A DNA stretch of 64,000 nucleotides from Dendrobates tinctorius (lineage: Eukaryota). Positions 48,256 to 61,026 of the stretch are shown here, one piece after another (positions within the stretch are counted from its first letter, which is position 1; the number at the start of each line of letters is the position of its first letter). The translations under genes and the position numbers were made by a program. The DNA is taken from contig NW_027361826.1 in assembly GCF_039654945.1 (NCBI RefSeq), forward strand, positions 19,344,001 through 19,408,000, read 5' to 3'. The notes beneath the pieces were generated by a model. That model was not told the DNA's origin. It worked only from the letters and a program-made list of their open reading frames with translations, and searched no databases.

Positions 48256-50285
48256 GGACCTGTCTGCACAATATTCGTCTCTTGCTTCCCACCCAGGGAC
48301 TGCTTTAGGACGTCCCATGGTTCTGTGTCCCCCAATGAGGTGACAGAGTAAAGGAGATTTTTGTGTACTCACCGTAAAATCTTTCTCTTGGCCTCTAATT
48401 GGGGGACACAGCTCCCACCCTGTTGCCCTTACGGGCCGTTGTTTACGGTGAGTTCTCATATTGTTCTTTGAGCTCGTACATGGTGGCCTTATTACAGGCA
48501 TGGTTGTGTTATTTCTGTTAACTTCCTCCTAATGCTTTTGCACAAAACTGGAGAAGGCTGACGCCGTCCAGGGGTGTATACTGCAGAGGAGGAGCCATAG
48601 TTAATCTTTTTCAGATTATGCATAGTGTCGCCTCCTAGTGGACAGCAGCATAACACCCATGGTTCTGTGTCCCCCAATTAGAGGCTAAGAGAGAGAGATT
48701 TTACGGTGAGTACACAAATCTCCTTTTTTGGGTCCAATAATGGTCGCAAGGGTCAGACACCCACAGTGATGATATTAAGGTGTAATCAGCAATGTGCCGT
48801 AACATTACAAGATGGGACATTGATTTTTGCATCGGAAATGTGAGCAGTTTGCCCAGCACAATAAACACTGAACAGCAACCTACTGATAAGTGCTGTTTTT
48901 TTTTTTCAAGCAGTGCTGGCTTCCCCCTCTATTTTCTTGTTGTTGGTTTGTGGCTCACCACCACTGTTGCCGTGCACGCTTGGTTATGTCCGCCATAATT
49001 TTTCTGTGTTCATTGTGATGGATTAGGCTGCTGTGCACACACACGGCAGCCCCACCCTGCCCCAAGCTTTATTTAATTGTGCACCTGTGTCTGGACCAAC
49101 ATCGCCCTTCATCTATGTTTGCTGGTCAGGCAATGTGTGGAGGCCATTCCTGATATGTCTGTGTTCAGACCTGGTTGGCCTTCATCTGCACTTGCTTCAT
49201 CTGGCTTCATGGGAGCGATCCAGCAATGTTCAGGTACAGATTGCACTTGATGTGGTGATGCTCTAAATGTATTTAGGAGGCCGTAATGGCACAGCATTTA
49301 TTAAAAATATATAGAGTAGGACCCCCCATATGAGATTGCCTTGGCGCGGCGGGGTGGCTCAATTGAATTGATCAATTTCTTTTGCTAAATATCTCATTTT
49401 GAATACAGCTAGACATTATGTGCATATGCACTCCAATTGATGCGTTCTAACCTTAAGCAGTGCTGGCTTCCCCCTCTATTTTCCTGTTTTTTTTTAATGT
49501 ATTGTAATAAATATAAAGTGTATGCATATTGGCGATGAGAGAGATATATATATACTTTTTAACCCCTTCACGACCAATGACGCCACATAGGCGTCATGAA
49601 ACCTGGTTCAAATCTGACCAGTGACGCCTATGTGGCGTCATAACTTCAAAGCCCCCCTGCGGGTCGGGTGACCGGGGTCACTGAAAGGTCACCCGACCCG
49701 CAGATACAGGGGGCTTTGTAATTCACCACAGGGGGCGTGGCTTCGCCCCCACGTGGATACGATCGCTCTGATTGGCTGTTTCACTTTTAACAGCCAATCA
49801 GAGCGATAGTAATATTTCATCAATGAAAATTGATGAAATATTACAATCCAGCCATGTCCGACGCTGCTGTAGCATCGGACATGGCTGGAGACACCGATTC
49901 CACCCCCCCCCCCCACCGGCGATCGCCCCCCCGCAACTGAATGACAGCGGCGATCTGCCGCCGCTGTCATCATCTGCCCCCCTCCCATTCCCTCTGCTCC
50001 CCGCCAGCCTCCGATCCCCCCTCACCCCCCCCGGTACCTCCTGAGTCCCCCCGTCCCTCCCGGTGTCCCTCGGGTCCGGATGATGGGCGCCGCCATCTTT
50101 GAAAATGGCGGGCGCATGCGCAGTGCGCCCGCCCGAATCTGCCGGCTGCAGATTCCATTCTTTCATTTTGATCACTCTTACAGTGATCAAAATGAAAGAA
50201 AAAGTAAATAAACCCCCCGATTATCACCCCCATAGGTAGGCAGAACTAATAAAATAAAGAAAATATTTTTATTTTTACTTTTCCA

Positions 50286-50625
50286 TTAGGGTTAGGCTTG
50301 AAAAGAGGGTTAGGCTTGAAAAGAGGGTTAGGGTTGAAAAGAGGGTTAGGGTTGAAAAGAGGGTTAGGGTTGAAAAGAGGGTTAGGGTTGAAAAGAGGGT
50401 TAGGGTTGGAATTAGGGTTAGGGTTGGAATTAGGGTTAGGGTTGGAATTAGGGTTAGGGTTGGAATTAGGGTTAGGGTTGGAATTAGGGTTAGGGTTGGA
50501 ATTAGGGTTAGGGTTGGGATTAGGGTTCGGGGTCTGTTGGGGTTAGGGTTATGGTTAGGGTTGGAATTAGGGTTAGGGATGTGTTGGGGTTAGGGCTGTG
50601 GTTAGGGGTGTGTTGGGGTTAGGGC
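50286..50625 (+). repeat. Telomere-like (TTAGGG-derived) 18-bp repeats
   Basis: (gggttagggttgaaaaga)n followed by (gggttagggttggaatta)n and degenerate units. Confidence 0.9.
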
Positions 50626-50639
50626 TGGAGTTAGAATTG

Positions 50640-53280
50640 AGGGGTTTCCACTGTTTAGGCACATCAGGGGGTCACCAAACGCGACATGGTGCAACCATTG
50701 ATTCCAGCCAATTTTGCGTTCAAAAAGTTAAACGGTGCTTCCTCCCTTCCAAGCCCCGACATGTGCCCAAACAGTGGTTTACCCCATCATATGGGGTTTC
50801 TGCGTACTCAGGAAAAATTGCACAACAACTTTGGGGGTCTAATTTCTCCTGGTACCCTTGGGAAAATAAAAAATTGGGGGCTAAAAAAATATTTTTGTGG
50901 AAAAATTTTTTTTTTTAATTTTCACGTCTCTGCGTTTTAAACTTCTGTGAAGCACTTGGGGGTCCAAAGTGCTCACCAGGCATCTAGATAAGTTACTTGG
51001 GAGGTCTAGTTTCCAAAATGGGGTCACTTGTGGGGGGTTTCTATTGTTTAGGCACATCAGGGGCTCTGCAAACGTAATGACGACCGCAGACCATTCCATC
51101 AAAGTCTGCATTTCAAAACGCCACTACTTCCATTCCGAGCCCTTACGTGTGCCCAAACAATAGTTCCCCCCCAAATATGGGGCACCAGCGTACTCAGGAC
51201 AAACTGGACAACAACTTTTGGGGTCCAATTTATCCTGCTACCCTTATGAAAAAAAAAATTGCTAGGTAAAAATCATTTTTTTGGAGGAAAAAAAAATATT
51301 TTTTATTTTCACGGCTCTGCGTTATAAACTTCTGTGAAGCACTTGGGGGTTCAAGGTGCTCACCACACATCTAGATAAGTTCCTTGGGGGGTCTAGTTTC
51401 CAAAATGGGGTCACTTGTGGAGGGGTTCCACAGTTTAGGTACATCAGGGGTTCTGCAAATGTAACATGATGCCCGCAGACCATTCCATCAAAGTCAGCAT
51501 TTCATAATGTCACTACTTCCCTTCCGAGCCCCGACTTGTACCCAGACAGTGGTCCCCACCCACATATGAGGTATCAGCGTACTCAGGACAAACTGGACAA
51601 CAACTTTTGGGGCCAATTTATCCTGCTACCCCTGTAAAAAAAAAAAAAATTGCTGGCTAAAAATCATTTTTTTTTTTGTGGAAAAAATTTTTTTTTATTT
51701 TCACGGCTCTGCGTTATAAACTTCTGTGAAGCGCTTGGGGGTTCAAGGTGCTCACCACACATCTAGATAAGTTCCTTGGGGGGTCTAGTCTCCAAAATGG
51801 GGTCACTTGTGGGGGGGTTCCACAGTTTAGGTACATCAGGGGCTCTGCAAATGTAACATGACACCCGCAGACCATTCCATCAAAGTCAGCATTTCAAAAT
51901 GTCACTACTTCCCTTCCGAGCCCCGACGTGTGCCCAAACAGTGGTTCCCCCCCACATGTGGGGTACCAGCGTACTCAGGACAAACTGGACAACAAATTTT
52001 GGGTCTAATTTATCCTGGTACCCTTGTGAAAATAAAAAATTGCGCACTAAAAATTTTTTTGAGGGAAAAAATTTTTTTTTTATTTCACGGCTCTGCGTCA
52101 TAAACTTTTGTGAAGCACTTGAGGGTTCAAGGTGCTCACTACACATCTAGGTAAGTTCCTTAGGGGGTCTAGTTTCCAAAATGGGGTCATTTGTGTGGGA
52201 GCTCCAATGTTTAGGCATACAGGGGCTCTCCAAACACGACATGGTGTCCGCTAACGATTGGAAGTAATTTGCATTTCAAAAAGTCAAATGGCGCTCCTTC
52301 CCTTCTGAGCCCTGCCGTGTGCCCAAACAGTGGTTCCCCCCCACATATGGGGTACCAGCGTACTCAGGACAAACTGGACAACAAGATTTGTGGTCCAATT
52401 TCTCCTGTTAGCCTTGTGAAAATTAAAAATAGTGTGCTAAAAATCATTTTTGAGGAAAAAATTTTTTTTATTTTCACTGCTCTGTGTTATAAACTTTTGT
52501 GAAGCACTTGGGGGTTCAAAGTGCTCCCTACACGTCTAGATAAGTTCCTTAGGGGGTCTAGTTTCCAAAATGGGGTCACTTGTGGGGGAGCTCCAATGTT
52601 TAGGTGCACAGGGGCTCTCCAAATGCGACATGGTGTCCGATAACGATTGGAGCTAATTTTCCATTCAAAAAGTCAAATGGTGCTCCTTGCCTTCCGGGCC
52701 ATGCCGTGCACCCAAACAGTGGTTTATGACCACATATGAGGTATCTGTGCACTCAGGAGAAATTGCTCATCAAATTTTAGGATCCATTTTATCCTGTTTC
52801 CCATGTGAAAATGAAAAAACTGAGGCTAAAAGAAAATTTTTGTGAAAAAAAAGTATTTTTTTTTTTTTTACAGATCAATTTGTGAAGTACCTGGGGGTTC
52901 AAAGTGATCACTATGCATCTAGATAAGTTCCTTGGGGGGTCTAGTTTCCAAAATGGGGTCACTTGTGGAGGAGCTCCAATGTTTATGCACACAGGGGCTC
53001 TCCAAACACGACATGGCAAGCGCTAAATATTCCAGCATATTTTCCATTCAAAAAGTCAAATGGTGCTCCTTCCCTTCTGAGCCATGCCGTGCGCCCAAAC
53101 AGTGGTTTATGACCACATATGAGGTATCGTTGTACTCAGGAGAAATTGCCCAACAAATTTTAGGATCCATTTTATCCTGTTTCCCATGTGAAAATGAAAA
53201 AATTGATGCTAAAAGAAAATTTTTGTTGGAAAAATTAAAATGTCCATTTTTTCTTTCCACATTGCTTTAGTTCCTGTGAA
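50640..53280. repeat. ~390-bp tandem repeat, 6-7 diverged copies, inside the TTAA element
   Basis: aaactt.tgtgaagc.cttg...tctagataagttcc...gtctagtttccaaaatggggtcac recurs at about 50940, 51328, 51719, 52102, 52490 and 52880. Confidence 0.9.
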
Positions 53281-54509
53281 ACACCTGAAGGGTTAATAAT
53301 CTTCTTGAATGTAGTTTTGAGTAGCTTGAGGGGTGCAGTTTTTAGAATGGTGTAAATTTTGGGTATTTTCTGCCATATAGACCCCTCAAAGTGACTTCAA
53401 ATGTGAGGTGGTCCCTAAAAAAAAATGGTTTTGTAAATTTTATTGTAAAAATGAGAAATCGCTGGTCAACTTTTAACCCTTATAACTTCCTAACAAAAAA
53501 ATATTTTGTTTCCAAAATTGTGCTGATGTAAAGTAGACATATGGGAAATGTTATTTATTAACTATTTTGTGTCACATAACTCTCTGGTTTAACAGAATAA
53601 AAATTCAAAATTTGAAAATTGCAAAATTTTCTAAATTTTCACCAAATTTCTGATTTTTGACAAATAAACGCAAAAATTATCAACCTAAATTTACCACTAA
53701 CATGAAGCCCAATATGTCACGAAAAAACAATCTCAGAATCGCTAGGATCCGTTGAAGCGTTCCTGAGTTATTACCTCATAAAGGGACACTGGTCAGAATT
53801 GCAAAAAATGGCCTGGTCATTAAGGTCAAAATAGGCTTGGTCATGAAGGGGTTAAGCAATTTTCAAACTTGCTGTACAAGGTGATAGTCAATGGTGACTT
53901 GGAAGTACGCTAACTTTTTGACTAATGGCTGGCTACTGGGATCCCAATACAAGCTAAGTTTGGAAGTAGGAGGCAGAGGACAGGCTCACAATTAGTATGG
54001 CATACCCTTGCATTATGTGTGTCTTTTTAGTATAACCCTTTCCCCAAGTTGTATTGCATAACCCGGTACAGATTGTATTTCGGTTGCTGGTCAAAGAGGT
54101 TATCCACTACTCAAACTACCCTTTCTCAATTTGTATTTTTTCGCCCAATAAAATAACCCTTATTGTCCCCTCCAGCGCCTTTCTAGCGTTATTGACACTG
54201 GCTCACCCGATTCTCCCTGCTTTCGGATGTATCACATCACATACATGCAGAGAAAATGAGAGCACTAGCTTTTTCTCCAGATTTGTGCAAAGGTGGGGAG
54301 AGTGAAGTGGCCACAGTGATCGCTTGACATAAAGTCACGCAATCCCCAGGGAGAGTCGGTACCTGTGCTGTTCCAGGTCAGCATAGGAGTTATTATTTTA
54401 CTTGGGCAAACATACAGATTGAGAAGTGGCAAACCCCTTTTAAATGACTGATCCCGTTGGGATTCCATTGTCAATCATTGTTACTGACAGCAACAAATGG
54501 AAATGGTAA

Positions 54510-54674
<165 letters not shown>

Positions 54675-57600
54675 TGAATGTCTTTCGCGCACAAAGGTGG
54701 AACCGTAATTTCCTTTACAATATGATGGCTGATAAGACTTGATCCTGCCATTTTCTTTGCCATCTTTGCTGTAATCTTTAGAAAAGCTTATATATTTTTT
54801 TTTAATTAAAGTAAGCCTATGTTTTTTCGGAGCTGCATTCAGAATTTACCTGACCCAATACACATTAGAAAAAAATGTACCTGCCGATATCGATGGGATC
54901 AGCCTACCATCCTTATATGGGAGATGGGGGACCTCTCGACTCTTGCACAACAGATCATCAGAATAGGACAGCATCCAAACTTGAGTGAAGCAAAAAATCT
55001 TTTTCTCGTTCGCCTTATAGGGGGACACAGAGACCATGGGTGTATGCTGCTGCCACTAGGAGGCTGACACTACGCACAAAAAAAGGTTAGCTCCTCCTCC
55101 GCTGTCACCCCACCGACCGGCAGGGAATTCCTCAGTTTAGCTTAGTGTCAGTAGGAGGTGGACACGGGTCTTTGATTAGACCCATATATACCTTGATGTG
55201 CGTCGTTCCTTTTCAGGTCTTTCCGGAGGGATACAGAGTGAATAGTCACATCTGTACTCCCACAAGGAGTCTGTGAGTACGGCGTGTACTGCCACCCCGT
55301 ACCCTCGCAGATCTCCGTAGCAGGACCAGCAGCCTTCCAGGCGGACGCCAACACGAAGACATGTCAGCGATTCAAAGGGTCCTTATCAGTCTCCCACCCA
55401 CTCGCCTACCAGAGCCTGTCGTTTGGACGAGACGCGGACGTCCTTCAGGAACATGGTACCTTTATTCTGGCCCGGGACGGGTGAGTATTGGGACCCTTTG
55501 GTCTCCTCAGTGGGCACGGTGGCGTTCCCCTTGGAGCAGGGATGCGGTAGCGCTGCGGACACCTGCGGTCATCCTGCGCATCCGGGCAGCCTCCGCTCTC
55601 TTTTACAGCCCGTTCCCTTCTCCCCTGACAGGTTTCTTTTGCGGCAGCGCTCATGCTGCGGCACATCCGCGCCGACCCCGTGCTGACAGGCGGCCGCCGC
55701 TATTAATTTAGGCCCCGGCTTCAATTCGGGCCTACTTCAGCGTCGCGGCCACGCCCCCCCGCCCCTTTCTACTAAGCGGGCTTCTCTCCCGCCCGTTCCA
55801 GGTCCTCCCACCGCCTCTTTCTTGCACCCCAGCCTGTTATTGCCCACCGCCTCTTTCTTGCACCCCAGCCTGTGGTTGGCCAGCGGGCCGTGCCTCTTTC
55901 AGTCTGGCGGTTAGCTCCGCCCTTCTTCTTCCCCTGGAAGCGCGCGTCTTCCCCATTCCTCTCAGGCGGTCCCCATCTTCTCAGCCTGTCAGCAGGACAC
56001 GTACGGTCAGACGGATATCGCTCTCTGGGCCTGTCAGCCGGATTTCGCTCTGACCTGCAGCTGCAGACAAGTCGGATAGCATTGTCTCTGGGGACACCGG
56101 ACCATGAGTAGCTCTGCATCTGCAGACTGACACCCTCCTCTGCCTTCTGTCCCCCAACCTTCCGGCACTACCTCAGTTATCACTATGTCTAACTCTAAGT
56201 CTGATCGTACCCGCTCTACGGCTCCCCCCTGCACTCTAGTCAAGTACTTTGCGTGCTCTTCTTGCAATCGCAAACTTCCCTCAGGTCAGTCCACGCCTCT
56301 CTGCCTGGACTATAGCAATCCAATTCAGCCTGACACCGCCCAGGAGCCATCTATGGCACCAGGTGAGAGTGAGCCCCCCATGCCTGGCTGGGCTTCATCT
56401 CTTTCACAATCAGTGGCAGACCTCACCAGAGTGTCTCAGTCCCTAGTAGCCTTTCTGGATAAGTTGCCCCTGGACACTTCTGCAGGGTCCAGCAGGTCTC
56501 AAGAGATTTACTTCTGAGTCAGCCAGCGTTAGTCCCAAAAGACCCAGGCAGGATCTCCAGCCGGAAGCCTCTCCTCGTCCCATCTCACCGCATAGTCCTT
56601 CTCAGCAGCCTCCTTCCCGGGCCTCCTCTCCTGAGTCAGGTGAAGCGTTCTCGGACAGGTCTTCTGAGGGGATTTTAGAGCTGGATTCGGACCAGGATGC
56701 GAACATGAAGGTTACGGTGCAGAACCTCATTGCAGCGATTCACCAGACCTTCGAGATTGCTGACCCCCCCCCCCCCCCCCCCCCTGCGAAATCCTCAGAT
56801 CGGGAGGTTTCGTTCAGACGGGTGTAAACACCCTCCAGGGTATTTCCTTTCCATTCCGAGTTTGGAAAGATTTTTACCAGGAGAAGAGAGGATCCGACCA
56901 GATGCTTTCAAAGAGGAAAGCGTCTCGGCGTACTGTACCCATTTGCTAAAGAGCTCACGGACAACTGGTCTGCTTCTCCCTCGGTGGACCCGCCCGTGTC
57001 CAGTCTTTCTAATAACACGGTTCTCCCGCTTTCAGGCATGGCGTCTCTAAAGGATTCTAATGATAGGATTATAGAATCCCTAGCTAAGTCTGCCTTCGAA
57101 GCGGCTTCAGCGGCGGTATGTCCAAGCTTTGCTTCATCTTGGGCTGCAAAGGCCATGGCAACTTCGGCAGAGGATCTTCGTCAGGACATCCTAGATAAAG
57201 CACAACCAGAGCAATTGGCTGATCTCGCCAATCAGATTTCCCATGCGGGGGATTATCTGCTTTCTGCTTCTTTGGATGCCGCAATCCTGCGCAAGTTCAG
57301 GCGTCGAGCAACGTTGTGGCAATCCGACGTACAATTTGGCTCAAGGTCTGGCAGGCGGACTTGTCTTCTAAAAAGTCTCTTACTAATCTGCCTTTTCAGG
57401 GAGTACGCCTCTTTGGATCCCAATTGGACCAGATTATTAAGGATGCCACCGGAGGCACGAGTTCCCTCCTCCCTCAGTCCAAGCCTCGCAGACCTCCACT
57501 AAGGCGTCCGTTTCGACCCTTTCGGGCTTTCCACCATTTCAATACGGCGAAGAACCCATCCAACCAACAAAGACCGCAGGCGCGCCAAGATAGAAAGTTT

Positions 57601-57699
57601 CCTTCAGGCCCACTCCCTCCTGGCGATCCCACTCTTCCCAGGGCAGACCATCCAGATCCAGATCTCGACTGTCTACATCTGCATGACTATCGTCGGACT

Positions 57700-59585
57700 C
57701 CCGAGGGTCCCTTCCAATTGGGAGGGCGACTTCTCTTCTTCAGGGACGTCTGACTGGCCTCAGTAGAGGACGCTTGGGTCAGGGAGGTTGTATCGTCGGG
57801 ATACAAGATAGAGTTCGTCTCTCTTCCACGGGATCGTTTCTTCGAATCCCGTCCTCCAAAAGATCCAGCCTTGATCCCGGGGTTCTTTACGGCCATCGCC
57901 TCTCTCCTCAGTTCCGGGGTGATTGTGCCCATTCCCGACTCGGAGCGGTTCACAGGGTTTTATTCGAACCTTTTTGTGGTGCCGAAAAAAGGCGGGACGG
58001 TCCGGCCCATCTTGGATCAAGCTTCTCAACAAGAGTCCGCCTTCGCCACTTCCGGATGGAGCCGGTTCGTTCGGTAATCGCTTCCATGGAGGAGCAGGAA
58101 TTCATGTGTTCAATAGACATCCAAGATGCCTATCTACATGTGCCCATATTCTCCGGACATCAGAAGTTCCTGCGTTTTGCGATTCGCCAGGAACATTACC
58201 AGTTTGTCGCGCTGCCCTACGGTCTCGCCACCGCTCCCAGAGTCTTCACGAAGATCATGGCTGCGCTGATGGCCTTGTTGAGGATCAGAGGTCTCGTTCT
58301 TTTTCTGTACCTCGACGATATTCTGATCAAAGCTTCCTCTTTTCAACAGGTTCGCCTAAGTTTGACGATCGTCCTAGACACCCTTTCCAATTTCGGGTGG
58401 ATCGTCAACAGGAAAAAGTCCTGACTGATTCCTTCTCAACGTCTTGTGTTTCTGGACCTACTGTTCGACACTCGTCGGTCAAGGGTCTTTCTCCCACGAG
58501 AGAAGATTCTTTCCCTGCAGCAAAATGTACGATCGCTGCAGACCACACGATTTCCGTCCCTCCGAACATCTATGAGGGTCCTGGGAAAGATGGTGGCGGC
58601 GATAGAGGCAGTTCCCTTTGCCCAATTTCACGCTAGACTTCTCCAGCACGCCATTCTGTCGAGGTGGAGCAGGTCGGCTCTGTCCCTGGATCGCCCTGTT
58701 CGTCTTTCATGCCGGATCAAGCGGTCACTCAACTGGTGGTTGACGTCACCTCTCATCCACTTGGGTCAGTCTTTTCTTCCCATTCACTGGCAGATTGTAA
58801 CAACGGATGCCATCCTCCTCGGCTGGGGTGCAGTGTTCCGCAATCACACTGTTCAGGGTCGTTGGTCGACTCAGGAATCGGCTCTGCCGATCAACGTCCT
58901 AGAGATACGAGCGATCTATCTGGCTCTCGTCCACTGGGAGAGGCTGCTCAGGGGCTTGCCTGTCCGGATTCAGACAGGCAATGCCACAGCGGTGGCATAT
59001 GTCAACCGCCAAGGAGGGACACGGAGTGTCTCAGCTCTGGCAGAAGTGTCCAAGATTCTTCATTGGGCAGAGATTTCTGTCCCGACAATTTCCGCGGTAC
59101 ACATTCCTGGCGTAGACAACTGGGCCGCCGATTTTCTCAGCCGCGAGGGTCTCGCGGCGGGAGAGTGGTCCCTACATCCAGAGGTGTTTCATCTGCTCTG
59201 CCGTCGATGGGGAACCCCGGATGTAGACCTGATGGCGTCTCGCCTCAACAGGAAGGTCCCACAGTTTGTTTCCAGGTCTCGAGACCCTCTGGCAGTGGGC
59301 GCCGACGCTCTGGCCATTCCTTGGTCGCAGTTCGAACTCCCCTACCTGTTCCCTCCTCTGCCGCTTCTTCCCAAGCTGTTGAAGATCAAAGTAGAAGGTA
59401 TTCCAGTCATTCTCATCTCCCCGAATTGGCCCAGAAGGTCTTGGTTCGCGGACATTGTCAACCTTCTCGCGGACGCCCCCTGGAAGCTTCCAGACAGGGC
59501 AGATCTGCTGTCTCAAGGCCCAATTTGCCACCCCAATTCTCGGCCGCTCAATTTAACGGCGTGGCTGTTGAGACTGAGGTTTTGA
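57700..59585 (+). pseudogene. DIRS-B RT / RNase H / methyltransferase-like ORF
   Basis: Motifs DIQDAYLH, LPYGLATAPRVFTK, YLDD, TTDA, INVLE, HIPGVDN.AD.LSR, DLMAS and YLFPP. Confidence 0.88.
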
Positions 59586-60606
59586 AACGGGCAGGATTCT
59601 CCGATCGAGTAATTCATACCATGATCCGAGCAAGAAAGCCATCATCTTCCAAAATTTATTATCGTACTTGGAAGGCCTATTTCCCCTGGTGTGAGGCCAA
59701 TGACATCGTGCCCATGTGCTTTTCGCTCCCTTCTGTTCTGGCGATTCTTCAGGCAGGGCTGGATGCGGGACTTGCCCTCAGTTCTTTGAAGCGTCAGGTT
59801 TCGGCGCTATTTTATTTCAGAAGACGTTGGCCTCCCGCCCTCAGGTCAAAACCTTTCTTCAGGGCGTGGCTCACACGGCTCCTCCGTACCGAGCGCCCGT
59901 GGTTCCATGGGATCTTAATCTGGTTCTTGAGGTTCTGCAAGGTCCTCCTTTTGAACCTCTCAGGGATGTTTCTCTTTCTCTCCTTTCTTGGAAGGTAGCT
60001 TTTCTGGTGGCCATCATTTCCATCCGGCACGTGTCAGAATTGGCGGCTCTTTCTTGCCGCTTGCCTTTTTTGGTACTTCACCAGGATAAGGTAGTTCTGC
60101 GGCCTCTGCCCTCTTTTCTTCCGAAGGTGGTGTCCTCCTTTCACCTCAATGAGGATATTGTTCTGCCTTCCTTCTGTCCGAGTCCATCTCATCCTCGGGA
60201 GCGGTCCTTGAACAAGCTGGATCTGGTCAGGGCGCTGAGAGTCTATCTGTCTAGGACGACTTCCTTGCGAAAGACAGACTCTCTTTTCGTCATTCCAGAT
60301 GAGGTGCGGAAAGGTCACCCGGCCTCCAAGGCTACTATTGCTCGCTGGATCAGATCGGCAATTTTGGAGGCCTACCGGGTTAAGCATCGAGTGGCTCCTC
60401 CGGGGATCAGAGCGCACTCTACCCGGGCAGTGGGTGCTTCCTGGGCGGTACGCCACAGAGCTTCCGCGCTGCAGCTTTGCAAAGCTGCAACCTGGCCATC
60501 GGTTCACACGTTTGTGAAATTCTACAAAGTCCACACCTACGCTTCGGCGGACACCAGCCTAGGTAAAAGGATTTTGCAGGCTGCGGTGGTGAGTCCGCTG
60601 GCCTGA
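59570..60606 (+). pseudogene. DIRS-B tyrosine recombinase
   Basis: Motifs WDLNLVL, RHVSELAAL, AHSTRA and ATW.S.HTF.KFY. Frameshift near 59810. Confidence 0.88.
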
Positions 60607-61026
60607 TGGAAGTTTGTTTCCCACCCCAGGGACTGCTTTAGGACGTCCCATGGTCTCTGTGTCCCCCAATAAGGCGAACGAGAAAACAGGATTTTTGGGT
60701 TGCTTACCGTAAAATCTGTTTCTCGGAACCTTCATTGGGGAACACAGCACCCTCCCATGTTTTTCAGCTCCTTTTCTTCCTTTGGTTGATTGGTTACAGT
60801 TGAGTTGTTTGTTCTGTTTTCAATCTTTTCTGTTGCTTCTCCTACTGCTTTTCTCACTAACTGAGGAATTCCCTGCTGGTCGGTGGGGTGTACACTGTGG
60901 AGGAGCTAACCTTTTTTTGTGCATAGTGTCAGCCTCCTAGTGGCAGCAGCATACACCCATGGTCTCTGTGTCCCCCAATGAAGGCTCAGAGAAACAGATT
61001 TTACGGTAAGCAACCCAAAAATCCTG

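Larger units (their letters stand above)
42585..48725 (+). mobile_element. DIRS1-type tyrosine-recombinase retrotransposon (copy A), full-length, decayed
   Basis: Inverted terminal repeats (ITRs) at 42585-~42735 and ~48544-48725. Internal complementary region (ICR) at 48314-48411. ORFs for gag, RT/RH/MT and YR. Confidence 0.95.
49563..53851. mobile_element. Non-autonomous piggyBac-like DNA transposon (TTAA TSD)
   Basis: ttaa|ccccttcacgacc ... ggtcatgaagggg|ttaa. No transposase ORF. Contains internal tandem repeats. Confidence 0.85.

Noticed and set aside
50298-50546. ORF of LGLGLE/KRGLGL repeats
   Set aside because: It is the translation of TTAGGG-like repeats.
54846-55000. Minus-strand SYSDDLL peptide resembling an RT YLDDLL motif next to DIRS-B
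   Set aside because: The similarity is too short to support without a profile search.
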